In this document: positions 35,999-44,540 of the stretch, one piece after another
Position numbering within the stretch: the first letter of the stretch is position 1
Layout: each line of letters starts with the position of its first letter
Assembly (NCBI GenBank): GCA_964451305.1
Contig: CAYVHV010000017.1
Location: 2,977 to 66,976, forward strand
DNA from: an uncultured Acidimicrobiales bacterium
GTDB lineage: Bacteria > Actinomycetota > Acidimicrobiia > Acidimicrobiales > SHLQ01
DNA: 64,000 nt
Direction: 5' to 3'
Made by a program: the position numbers and the translations under genes
Notes under the pieces: generated by a model
What the model was told of the DNA's origin: nothing
Seen by the model: the letters and a program-made list of their open reading frames with translations, nothing else
The model's database searches: none

Positions 35999-36787
35999 TT
36001 ACATCACTCCCAGTTCTTCGAGCAGATCCACAATCGCGGGCGCAGCGTCGGGGCCGGTGCCGAGGATGACGGTCTCACTGACCTTTTCGGGCGGAGACTT
36101 CAGGCGCACTAACGCCTGCCCTCCTGGGTCAGCGTCCGCGTCGATCGAGGTGAGTTCGGCCTTCTTCGACGCGAGACGACCCTTCATTGTTGGGTACCGC
36201 GGCAGGTTGATGCCCTCCTTGACTCCAACACATGCGGGGAGTGGCAGTTCGTACACTTCAAACCCACTATCGACTTCACGCCTTGCGATGATGTGGCCCT
36301 CACCAGAATCTGGGTCTTGCCCTTCGGGCAGTTCGAGACCCTTGATGCCGTTGACCATCGGGCGGCCGAGCGCGTGAGCGACGCGAATGCCGACCTGGAA
36401 GCCACCCTGATCGGCCGACTCGTTGCCGAAGATGATCAGATCGAACCGTCCATCGGCAGCCTCGAGCTCGGTGATGGACGAGATGAGTGCCGCTGCGGTC
36501 TGTTGGGGGTCCTTTGGGGTGCCATCGGTAGGCACGAGCACCATCTTTGCGATTCCGACCGAGACCGCGGCACGAAGCTGTTCAACGGATTCGGCGCTTC
36601 CCATCGACAGCACGGTGGCCTCACCGCCGTATTGCTCGACGAGTTGCACCGCTGCCTCAATTCCGCATTCTTCATGGGGAGAGATGGCATGGCCGAGGTT
36701 CTTGTCGTCGACGAGTTGCTCGTCTTCGGTGATGTTGATCCGAGCGCCCGGGGCGGGAACTCGTTTCACTAGCGTCAGAATTCGCAT
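35999..36787 (-). CDS. etfB: Electron transfer flavoprotein beta subunit
   Basis: MRILTLVKRVPAPGARI...NLGHAISPHEECGIEAAVQL. It directly abuts etfA. Confidence 0.92.
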   Translation of the reverse strand: MRILTLVKRVPAPGARINITEDEQLVDDKNLGHAISPHEECGIEAAVQLVEQYGGEATVLSMGSAESVEQLRAAVSVGIAKMVLVPTDGTPKDPQQTAAALISSITELEAADGRFDLIIFGNESADQGGFQVGIRVAHALGRPMVNGIKGLELPEGQDPDSGEGHIIARREVDSGFEVYELPLPACVGVKEGINLPRYPTMKGRLASKKAELTSIDADADPGGQALVRLKSPPEKVSETVILGTGPDAAPAIVDLLEELGVM

Positions 36788-36819
36788 GCGGCGCTCCTAC
36801 TCATTCGGGCTGGAATGCA

Positions 36820-36855
36820 GATGATATATCACCGACCATGCCCTCTGCCTATCAC
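36820..36855. promoter_or_regulatory. Candidate operator upstream of etfBA (GATGATATATCAC ... TATCAC)
   Basis: It shares the TGATATATCA core and a TATCAC element with the two sites in the dmgdh-like/GntR intergenic region. Confidence 0.35.
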
Positions 36856-36995
36856 GCCTCAAATGATGATTTCTCCTCCGGTCATTTCATGTGAACCATT
36901 CGACCGATATCACTTTACGTGTTCTTAATGTTACTTTACGTAGTATTCGCCACTACTTCACGGCGGATCCGAGTTGCAGAGAGGCCACTATTCCA

Positions 36996-38096
36996 ATGTT
37001 CCAAACTTCGAAAACGTTCGCCGCGTTCGCAAGCGTCGCGCTCGTCGCTGCCCTCTCCCCCGCCCAGGCCGGAGCCCAGGCTGCAGATATCCCGACGACG
37101 TGCAATGGCCTCGAGGCCACCCAGATCGTCACCGAGATCGACGAAGCCGACGTTGGAACCCAAGGCGACGATGTGATCGTCATCGCGATCGATGTACCTG
37201 ACGACCTACCGTTCAGCGAGCTTCCCCTGTTCCTCGCGCTCGGCGGCGACGACACGATCTGCATCAGCGGTTCCGGTTATGGCCTTTCAGTCCTCGCGGG
37301 CGCTGGCGACGACATCGTATTCGCGGACACATCGATCGCGTACCTCGACCTCTCGCTTGGATCAGGAAACGACACTGCGACCATCCAGTCCGCTAGCTGG
37401 ACCAGCCTCTCCGGTGGCCCAGGTGACGACGAGATCACCGGCGGAAGATACAACGACAGCATCGACGGCGGCCCCGGTACCGACATCCTTCGCGGCGGTG
37501 CTGGCGACGATGACATCATCGCCGGGGAAGGAAATGATGAGGTCTACGGTGGCCGCGGTCATGACTGGCTCGAGGGTGGCGAGGGTGACGACAGAATCGT
37601 TGGTTTCGAAGGCGATGACTTCATTATTGGTGGTACCGGAAAGGACGAACTTCACGGCGGTCCAGGCAACGACGTCCTTGCATCGGTCGATCCATGGCAG
37701 ATGCCTCACCAGCCGTCCTTCGTAGAAGACACGGCCGGCGATCGAATGTTCGGAGGCGTTGGCGACGACCGTCTCGTCGGCGGCGACCGATGGGATCGCA
37801 TGCAGGGCGGTCCCGGTAACGATGTTCTCCTCGGGTTCGAGGGACGTGACTTTATGCGCGGCGGTTCTGGCAATGATGAGCTCATCGGTGGAACCAACGT
37901 CGACGATATGAACGGCAACACCGGCGCCGATCGGCTCTTCCTTCGAGGCGACGACGTTGCATCGGGCGGCCTCGGCCGCGACACCTGCGGCGGGTTCTCC
38001 TGGGACGACGTCGACGTCCCCACCACATGCGAAACCGAGTTCTCAACGACGATGGCCATGGTCAACATGAACATGGCCAACGGCGCCATCGACTGA
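36996..38096 (+). CDS. Secreted RTX-type (hemolysin-type Ca-binding repeat) protein
   Basis: Signal peptide MFQTSKTFAAFASVALVAALSPAQAGAQA. Nonapeptide runs GGPGDDEITGGRYNDSIDGGPGTDILRGGAGDDDIIAGEGNDEVYGGRGHDWLEGGEGDD. Confidence 0.8.
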   Translation: MFQTSKTFAAFASVALVAALSPAQAGAQAADIPTTCNGLEATQIVTEIDEADVGTQGDDVIVIAIDVPDDLPFSELPLFLALGGDDTICISGSGYGLSVLAGAGDDIVFADTSIAYLDLSLGSGNDTATIQSASWTSLSGGPGDDEITGGRYNDSIDGGPGTDILRGGAGDDDIIAGEGNDEVYGGRGHDWLEGGEGDDRIVGFEGDDFIIGGTGKDELHGGPGNDVLASVDPWQMPHQPSFVEDTAGDRMFGGVGDDRLVGGDRWDRMQGGPGNDVLLGFEGRDFMRGGSGNDELIGGTNVDDMNGNTGADRLFLRGDDVASGGLGRDTCGGFSWDDVDVPTTCETEFSTTMAMVNMNMANGAID

Positions 38097-38104
38097 TCAG
38101 CGCA

Positions 38105-38692
38105 CTAGTGAATGGGGCTCCACACGCCAGGTGTTTGACGAGCGTAGAGGTCCTTTGCGAGTAGGTGTTCGGCGTCATCGTCCCAGAGCTTCTGGGCGGT
38201 GACGCGGAGCCTGTTCAGCGCCGAGTTGTCTTGTGCATCGCACAAACCCAAAACATCACGAGCGGGCAGTGCAGCGATCGCGCCGTTCGGGAAGTGATGG
38301 GCTAGCTGATCCCAAACCGTATCGAGCAAGATCATGCTCGCTTCGAAGTTCCCGTCGCCGGTGAGAACCAGCATCCCGCCACCTTGATGCAGTTCCATCT
38401 CGCGAAACCGGCCGGCGAGGTTCGCAAGTGCGAGCTCGTGGAGCTCTTCGACCGATAGCCCTGCCTCTTCGCGCATGGCCTCGGTGACGTAGGTGAAGTT
38501 GCTACCGTCGTCGTAGGCATAGAACACGGCCATCTCGTGGCTGAACAACCGCACCGGGAGCAACTCATCGTCACCAGCGGGCAGCGTCAAGAACGCCCCT
38601 ACAGGGGGCGACCCGGCGGATTGTTCCGACTCGACGCGGCGCAAATATGCAATCGAACTGCGAACCTGCTCATCGTTGCTTGAAACCACCAT
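38105..38692 (-). CDS. Hypothetical protein (DUF1444/YtpQ-like; tentative)
   Basis: 195 aa. ...ELHELALANL...GGGMLVLTGDGNFEASMILLDTVW... resembles the DUF1444 layout. Not confirmed. Confidence 0.5.
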   Translation of the reverse strand: MVVSSNDEQVRSSIAYLRRVESEQSAGSPPVGAFLTLPAGDDELLPVRLFSHEMAVFYAYDDGSNFTYVTEAMREEAGLSVEELHELALANLAGRFREMELHQGGGMLVLTGDGNFEASMILLDTVWDQLAHHFPNGAIAALPARDVLGLCDAQDNSALNRLRVTAQKLWDDDAEHLLAKDLYARQTPGVWSPIH

Positions 38693-38726
38693 GTGAGAGT
38701 GTGCTTTCGATCGTGTAATCGAGCGT

Positions 38727-41246
38727 TCAGCCTTTCAAGCGGACGTTCTCCGGATCGAATGCCGAGCCGGTGCCGACAACGGTACAAGGGAACAATTCGT
38801 TCATGTACATAACCTGCATTTTGGTCCCAGGTGCAGCGTGCGCTGCGGGCACGTAGCCGAGCAGCAGGTTCTTGCCCACGCTCGGCCCATAGCCAGCCGT
38901 GGTTACTCGACTGACACGGCCGTGGCCATCGACGATTCGTTCGCCGTCGGCGGTCAAGATCGGTTCATTGCCGCCCTGCATGAAGCGCTGACGACCCTGG
39001 GCATCGACATTCGAGTCGACCTGAAGCGTCACCATGTGGACCTCTGGATCGCCCGCTTCGCGAGCTGCCATGTAGGCCTCCTTGCCAATGAAATCGGCAG
39101 CCTTCACCTTCGGACGGGCAAGGCCTGCCTCGATCGGGTTGTATTCGCTCTCGAGCTCGGCGCCCATGAGGCGATAGCCCTTTTCAATGCGGCCGGTCAC
39201 CGCATACACGCCCATGCCGGTTGGGCGAAGCCCATGGTCTTTGCCAGCCTCCATGATTGCGTCCCACAACGCAGGGCCGTTGTCCCAGCCGGTGTAAATC
39301 TCCCAGCCGGTATCACCGACGTAACTCACACGGAAGAGCGTGCACGCAATGCCCGCTACTTCGACATTGGTGACCGAGCCGTATTTGTTTCCCTCGAAAC
39401 TGAGATCGGCGTTCGTGAGTTGGCTCAAGATTGCTTCGGCGTTTGGACCCCACAGTCCGAGCGTCGTCGTCGTGCGGCTGAGGTTCGTAAAGGTCACCGA
39501 CTCATCGGCCGGCAGGTACTTCTTGATCCAGTACTCATCGCGGCCGCCGTCGAACGCACCGGTGACGATGCGAACCGTGTCCTCGCCGGTCTGCATCATG
39601 GTGAGGTCGGAGTGGAACCCACCGTCTTCGTTTAGCCATGGCGTGTAGGCACTTGTGCCAATACCTTTGGCGACCTTGTTCACCGAGAGGTACTCGGCAA
39701 AGTCGATCGCGCCGGGCCCCGAAAGTTCGAACACTTGGAATGCGCTGAGGTCGAACAAGCCGGCGTTCTCCCGCATGTTGAGGTGCTCTCCATTGATGAT
39801 CGGACTCCACCATCGGTTGTCCCACTCGACTTCGCGTTCGGAAAGCCCGTACCGCTCGACGAGGTCCTGGTTGCTGCTATACCACTGCGCACGTTCCCAG
39901 ACCCGTGCCTGAAAGAACATTGCACCCAGCGCTTCTTGGCGGCTGTAGTACGGGCTCTTGACAAGGTCTCGACGACCTTCCCATTGCTCTTGAGGGTGAA
40001 CGATCCCGTAGGTCTTGTTGAAGTGCTCTTCTGCGCGTGCCCAGATGTGGTCATCGCCGCGTTCTTCATCGTAAAAGCGTGCAATGTCTGATGCGTGAGG
40101 ATCGATCACCCGCGGGTAGCCGTGCGTCATCCACTCGGCGACGACCTGAGCCATTCCTGGGCCTTCCTTGACCCATACCGCTGCCGCCGACCACAGATTG
40201 CGCACCTCGACGGTCTCGCCGAGGCATGGCATGGCGTCGGGGGTGAGCGACAAGAGCCCGTTGATGGCGTATTTGATCTCGGCGTCGCCGAGCATGTCCA
40301 TCAATTCGATGGCCTGTTCCATCTGGTCGTCGAAATCATCTGGGGTGAAGGGCATCTCTGTTGGGGTGAGTGCTGCCTCTTCGTTCGATGGGATGTCGTC
40401 GGGGTGGTGCAGGATTGGTCGGTGGGCGTATGAGCCGACCTCCATCGATCCGGCGGACTGACGCTCGTAACAGAACGTGTCCATGTCGCGAACGATCGGA
40501 TATCCAATCTCGTTGTTGGTTTCAGCGAGGATGTCCATCGGCCCAACATCGGCCATCTGGTGCACGGCGGGTACGAGTGGAATCGTCGCTCCGGCCATGT
40601 TCGCAACGCGATTGCTCCACACGCCACATGCAACGACGACGTACTCGGCTTCGATGCGGCCTCGGTCGGTGACGACCGCACTCACTTTTTGCTGGCCGTT
40701 TGGCGCATCGACCGTCTCGACGTCTTCGACCTCGGTGTTCGCGAACACCTGCAACACACCCTTTTCCATCGCTTCGTTGCGAAACAGCGTTCCGGTGTCG
40801 AGCGAGTCGACGACAGAGACTGTCGGGCAGTGGAACCCGCCCAAGATGACCTCGTCATTGATGAATGGGACGAGACCTTTGACCTCGGCCGGCGTAAGCA
40901 TCTCAGCTTCGACACCCCATGCCATCGCGCTCGTCATGCGACGGTCGAGTTCATCCATACGCTCTTGGGTCCTGGCCACCTCGACACCACCGGAGTCGAC
41001 GCTGCGATCGAGATCCCGGTATTGGTTGGCCGACTGCACACCGAGCAGTGCCATCTCTTTGTTGTGGTCGACGGGGAAGATGAAGTTCGAGGCGTGTCCG
41101 GTCGAACCGCCCGGGTTTGGTAGTGGGCCCTTGTCGATGAGGACGATGTCCTCCCAACCGAGTCGGCTCAGGTGGCCAACGAGACAGCTGCCCACGATGC
41201 CGGCGCCGATAACTACTACTTGGGCCTTGCTTGGGAACTCGCTCAT
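38727..41246 (-). CDS. Dimethylglycine/sarcosine dehydrogenase-like protein (FAD DAO domain fused to a GcvT aminomethyltransferase fold)
   Basis: 839 aa. VVVIGAGIVGSCLVGHL and GGSTGHASNFIF (possible flavin-attachment His region). The C-terminal half is GcvT-like (...GYRLMGAELESEYNPIEAGL...). Confidence 0.9.
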   Translation of the reverse strand: MSEFPSKAQVVVIGAGIVGSCLVGHLSRLGWEDIVLIDKGPLPNPGGSTGHASNFIFPVDHNKEMALLGVQSANQYRDLDRSVDSGGVEVARTQERMDELDRRMTSAMAWGVEAEMLTPAEVKGLVPFINDEVILGGFHCPTVSVVDSLDTGTLFRNEAMEKGVLQVFANTEVEDVETVDAPNGQQKVSAVVTDRGRIEAEYVVVACGVWSNRVANMAGATIPLVPAVHQMADVGPMDILAETNNEIGYPIVRDMDTFCYERQSAGSMEVGSYAHRPILHHPDDIPSNEEAALTPTEMPFTPDDFDDQMEQAIELMDMLGDAEIKYAINGLLSLTPDAMPCLGETVEVRNLWSAAAVWVKEGPGMAQVVAEWMTHGYPRVIDPHASDIARFYDEERGDDHIWARAEEHFNKTYGIVHPQEQWEGRRDLVKSPYYSRQEALGAMFFQARVWERAQWYSSNQDLVERYGLSEREVEWDNRWWSPIINGEHLNMRENAGLFDLSAFQVFELSGPGAIDFAEYLSVNKVAKGIGTSAYTPWLNEDGGFHSDLTMMQTGEDTVRIVTGAFDGGRDEYWIKKYLPADESVTFTNLSRTTTTLGLWGPNAEAILSQLTNADLSFEGNKYGSVTNVEVAGIACTLFRVSYVGDTGWEIYTGWDNGPALWDAIMEAGKDHGLRPTGMGVYAVTGRIEKGYRLMGAELESEYNPIEAGLARPKVKAADFIGKEAYMAAREAGDPEVHMVTLQVDSNVDAQGRQRFMQGGNEPILTADGERIVDGHGRVSRVTTAGYGPSVGKNLLLGYVPAAHAAPGTKMQVMYMNELFPCTVVGTGSAFDPENVRLKG

Positions 41247-41285
41247 ATCCCTCTCCCTGTCTCGCCCAGTTCGGGCGGTGAATCG

Positions 41286-41312
41286 CTGTGATATATCAGC
41301 TGTCTATCACAG
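41286..41312. promoter_or_regulatory. Candidate GntR/FadR-type operator A (CTGTGATATATCAGCTGTCTATCACAG), 40 nt upstream of the dmgdh-like start
   Basis: 8-bp inverted arms CTGTGATA/TATCACAG. It contains GTGATATATCAG + 5 nt + TATCA, as does site B. Confidence 0.45.
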
Positions 41313-41468
41313 CAGACTACGTCTGGGAGGGGCAGACCGCAAGCAGCAAAACCTCACTCGACAGGTCGTGTAGTGAGCGGTGATCGTCGCCACTGTTACG
41401 GCTCGACGGCTCGACGTGGCCAACCCAACTTCTCCGCAGCCTCGTGCGCCGATCGAACCGAGCATCCC

Positions 41469-41491
41469 GTGATATATCAGTCGTGTATCAT
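41469..41491. promoter_or_regulatory. Candidate operator B (GTGATATATCAGTCGTGTATCAT), ending 8 nt before the GntR ATG
   Basis: The 12-mer GTGATATATCAG is identical to site A, and TATCA follows with the same 5-nt spacing. Confidence 0.45.
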
Positions 41492-41498
41492 CAGCGAG

Positions 41499-42182
41499 AT
41501 GAGCACGGCCGATCCTCACGCCCCCGCATCCGAATCACTCGGCGAACAGGCATACTTCGCGCTGCGCCAGAGAATCGTCCGCCTCGACTTTGCGCCTGGG
41601 GACGTATTGAAAGAAGACGAGCTACGAGAACAGCTCGGGCTTGGACGCACCCCCATTCGTGAGGCCCTGCTCCGACTCCAACGCGAACACTTCGTGACCG
41701 TCATCCCGCGCCGCGGCATGTTCGTAAGCGGCATCGAGATCGACGAGCTTTCACTTCTGTTTGAGACTCGATCCGTCCTGGAACCCTACGCTGCCCGACT
41801 CGCGGCACTTCGCGGCACCCCAGCGCAATGGGACCTGATGGAAGACACCCTCGAACAAACCCACGACCCATCACTCGACGCCGAAGCGCAGCTGGCGCTC
41901 GATCGCCGTTGCCACGAGATCATTTGGGAGGCATCGGGAAACCGCTTCATCTCCGACACGCTCGACACGCTCTACGCCCAAAGTGACCGTCTCTGGCATC
42001 TCTATCTCTCAAACGTCTCCGACATGGCTCACGCCGTGACCGAACACGAGGCGATCTTGGCAAGCTTGCGGGCCGGCGATGCAGATGCCGTTGCGGCACT
42101 CGTCGAGGCACACGTACAGAGCTTCGACGACCAGATTCGAGACGTCGTCACCGGACAGCTCACCGCACCGCTACAGCAATAG
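41499..42182 (+). CDS. GntR-family (FadR/FCD subfamily) transcriptional regulator
   Basis: LKEDELREQLGLGRTPIREALLRLQREHFVTVIPRRGMFV (wHTH) followed by a helical FCD-type C-terminal domain. Start at Met43 of ORF 41373..42182. Confidence 0.85.
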   Translation: MSTADPHAPASESLGEQAYFALRQRIVRLDFAPGDVLKEDELREQLGLGRTPIREALLRLQREHFVTVIPRRGMFVSGIEIDELSLLFETRSVLEPYAARLAALRGTPAQWDLMEDTLEQTHDPSLDAEAQLALDRRCHEIIWEASGNRFISDTLDTLYAQSDRLWHLYLSNVSDMAHAVTEHEAILASLRAGDADAVAALVEAHVQSFDDQIRDVVTGQLTAPLQQ

Positions 42183-42317
42183 AGGTCTGCAGCGACAGAG
42201 ACCGTCTCAACATCGCACTCTCAAGTTTTTTGAGCTTCGTGACGACGACATAGGCCTAACTACCTATGTGCCCGGCAGCGGCAGTACGGCATATCGGGCA
42301 AAAGATCAGCGGAGTCT

Positions 42318-43253
42318 ATGAGAATCAACACGTCGATAGTTGGTGGAGTATTGACCGTGTTTGTTGCGGTCGGCATCGTTACGGTCCTCCCCGCCTTCAG
42401 CCAGACCACGACCGCGGCGCCGACCGAACTCGTCGACGTCCAGAACGAACAACTGCCTTTCGAACAAACCACGACATCGACCACCAGCACCACTCGCGCA
42501 CCTACGACGTCGACGCCACCCACCACGAGCACACCCACAGCCCCAACGCCAACCACGACGGTGACCTGGACCACAACGACGCCAACGACCACATCGTCAA
42601 CCACGCTTGCGCCCACGACGACCACGGTTCCATCTACAACGGTGCCATCCACCGCAGTGCCATCGACTGCAGTCCCGGCGACCACCAGCGCACCGACCAC
42701 CACCACCCCACTCGACGACGTCGTTCCCGCTGCGATCAGAGCACGCTCACAACAACACACCCTCTCTCAAGACGAGTTCGACGCCGTCGTCGCCGACGAG
42801 ATCTACCGCCTCACCAACTGCGCCCGAACAAACACTGCAACGTGGTGCATGAGCGGAGATAGCACCGGGTGGAATGTCTCGAGCGCCGAACGGAACCCAT
42901 CGGAGGTTCCACTCGCCCCGCTCGGACGGAGCGCAGCACTCGACACCACGTCGAAAGACTGGACTGAGCAACTCACCGACGTAGATCACATCTCGCACTC
43001 GCCAGCGTCGGGTGAGCAGTACGGCGAGAACGTGGCATACAACCCGCGCCTCCACGCCGAGTTCAACCTGACCATGACCAACGCTGCCGAGGCCGCGGCG
43101 GTGCTCATGCAACAGTGGATGGACAGTCCTGGGCATCGATCGCAGATCTTGTACCCGGACTATCGCCACATGGGTGTCGGTGCCGTTGTCCAGCTCGGAG
43201 CGCCATCTCCCGACACGTTCGTCGAGTGCTGGGGAACTCAGCAGTTCCAATAG
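42318..43253 (+). CDS. Secreted CAP/SCP (PR-1-like) domain protein with a Thr/Pro-rich linker
   Basis: N-terminal signal/anchor IVGGVLTVFVAVGIVTVLPAF. TTSTTSTTRAPTTSTPPTTSTPTAPTPTTT linker. C-terminal GENVAYN...MQQWMDSPGHRSQILYPDYRHMGVGAV. Confidence 0.8.
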   Translation: MRINTSIVGGVLTVFVAVGIVTVLPAFSQTTTAAPTELVDVQNEQLPFEQTTTSTTSTTRAPTTSTPPTTSTPTAPTPTTTVTWTTTTPTTTSSTTLAPTTTTVPSTTVPSTAVPSTAVPATTSAPTTTTPLDDVVPAAIRARSQQHTLSQDEFDAVVADEIYRLTNCARTNTATWCMSGDSTGWNVSSAERNPSEVPLAPLGRSAALDTTSKDWTEQLTDVDHISHSPASGEQYGENVAYNPRLHAEFNLTMTNAAEAAAVLMQQWMDSPGHRSQILYPDYRHMGVGAVVQLGAPSPDTFVECWGTQQFQ

Positions 43254-43297
43254 CGTCCCTCGCCTAACCGGGTAGCAGCGGCGTTGGCACTCACGAC

Positions 43298-44038
43298 TTG
43301 TTTTCGCCACACCGTGGCCGATGGGAACACGTGTCGACCGACCTCACACCGCTACCGGGCAGCCTGCCGCAGGGCCACGCGATCGAAGCCAAACGAACGA
43401 CGAACACCCTCGGAGGAGGAATCTTCTTTCTCTTGTTCGGCGCCACGTTTCTCATTCCGGTCATCGTGGACACACCGGTGTTGTTCAAGATCCCGTTCCT
43501 GCTCGTCTCCGTCGTCACGATCGCCATCAGCATCTCGGTCCTGACGGCGAACCTTCGAGAGAAGTCGAAGTGGCACCCAATGGAGGTGCACTTCCAGACC
43601 TATCCGCTCGCCCTCGGAGCGAGCTCGGTCATCACGATCACTCGCCGATCGAAGACACAGATTCCCGACAGCGCTCACGTCGAGCTCGAGATGACGTTGA
43701 CCTGCGAAGAAGAAGTCATCTACCGAAGCGGCTCAGGTGATGAGACCAAAGATGTTCGCGTCGACAAAACGGTCGTCGACAAATCGATCCCGGTCGTCGG
43801 CATCGTCAGCAACAACACGTTTACGGCAGCGAGCAGCATCACGATTCCGGTCGATCGAGGGGGACCGACCTTTCGCATCGATCACCACAGCATTACCTGG
43901 CAGCTCGAGCTCGCCGCCAAGAAGGTCGAAAAGATGCCCGCCGATCTCGCCGCCGAGTTCATCGTGGTTCCCGTGCTCGCTCGCGAACACATCAACTTCG
44001 TAGACGCACCACCACCGCCGGGACCTCTCGATGGGTAG
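43298..44038 (+). CDS. Membrane-anchored protein with an arrestin/Spo0M-like beta-sandwich domain (TTG start as listed; true start uncertain)
   Basis: Two TM helices (GGGIFFLLFGATFLIPVIV; IPFLLVSVVTIAISISVLTA) followed by a beta-rich domain ending ...HHSITWQLELAAK...AEFIVVPV. Confidence 0.55.
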   Translation: MFSPHRGRWEHVSTDLTPLPGSLPQGHAIEAKRTTNTLGGGIFFLLFGATFLIPVIVDTPVLFKIPFLLVSVVTIAISISVLTANLREKSKWHPMEVHFQTYPLALGASSVITITRRSKTQIPDSAHVELEMTLTCEEEVIYRSGSGDETKDVRVDKTVVDKSIPVVGIVSNNTFTAASSITIPVDRGGPTFRIDHHSITWQLELAAKKVEKMPADLAAEFIVVPVLAREHINFVDAPPPPGPLDG

Positions 44039-44477
44039 CCACTCACTTCGGTCGCCGGATCCGTCCATATCGGTACGGCTCGCGTCCGCCTTTGCCGAGG
44101 TAGGAGGAGCGTTCCACGTTTCGATCAGCCGAGCTCCTCAGGACGGAACCACCAATCGGGAGGGCGCGGGCCGGGTCCGTCATCTTCGCGTCAGTCTTGG
44201 ATACGAAACGGACGGCCGGGGCGATACCGACTCTGACAACTTCCAAAGCCTGCGCATCCCGATCGATCAATTCGGTATGGGATCAGCCGACATCGAGATC
44301 CCAGTTCCTATCGACGCCCCGATCTCGTACCGAGGTGAGCTCATGTCGTTGGCCTACTGGATCACGGTGACCACAGACGTCGAAATGAGCTTGGACCATA
44401 TCGACCACATTCCCGTCGTCGTGGTGCCGAAGAACGGCATGGGCACATACACCCTCGCCCACCCGCTGCAGCTGTAA
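44031..44477 (+). CDS. Soluble arrestin/Spo0M-like beta-sandwich protein
   Basis: 148 aa. ...HLRVSLGYETDGRGDTDSDNFQSL...ISYRGELMSLAYWITVTTDVEMSLDHIDHIPVVVVP. It overlaps the upstream gene by 8 nt (ATGGGTAG). Confidence 0.55.
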   Translation: MGSHSLRSPDPSISVRLASAFAEVGGAFHVSISRAPQDGTTNREGAGRVRHLRVSLGYETDGRGDTDSDNFQSLRIPIDQFGMGSADIEIPVPIDAPISYRGELMSLAYWITVTTDVEMSLDHIDHIPVVVVPKNGMGTYTLAHPLQL

Positions 44478-44540
44478 GGGACCGGCTCGCACAAACTGGT
44501 ATAACTCCTAGAGAGGGGTGACCGCCACGGGAGGTACGAG

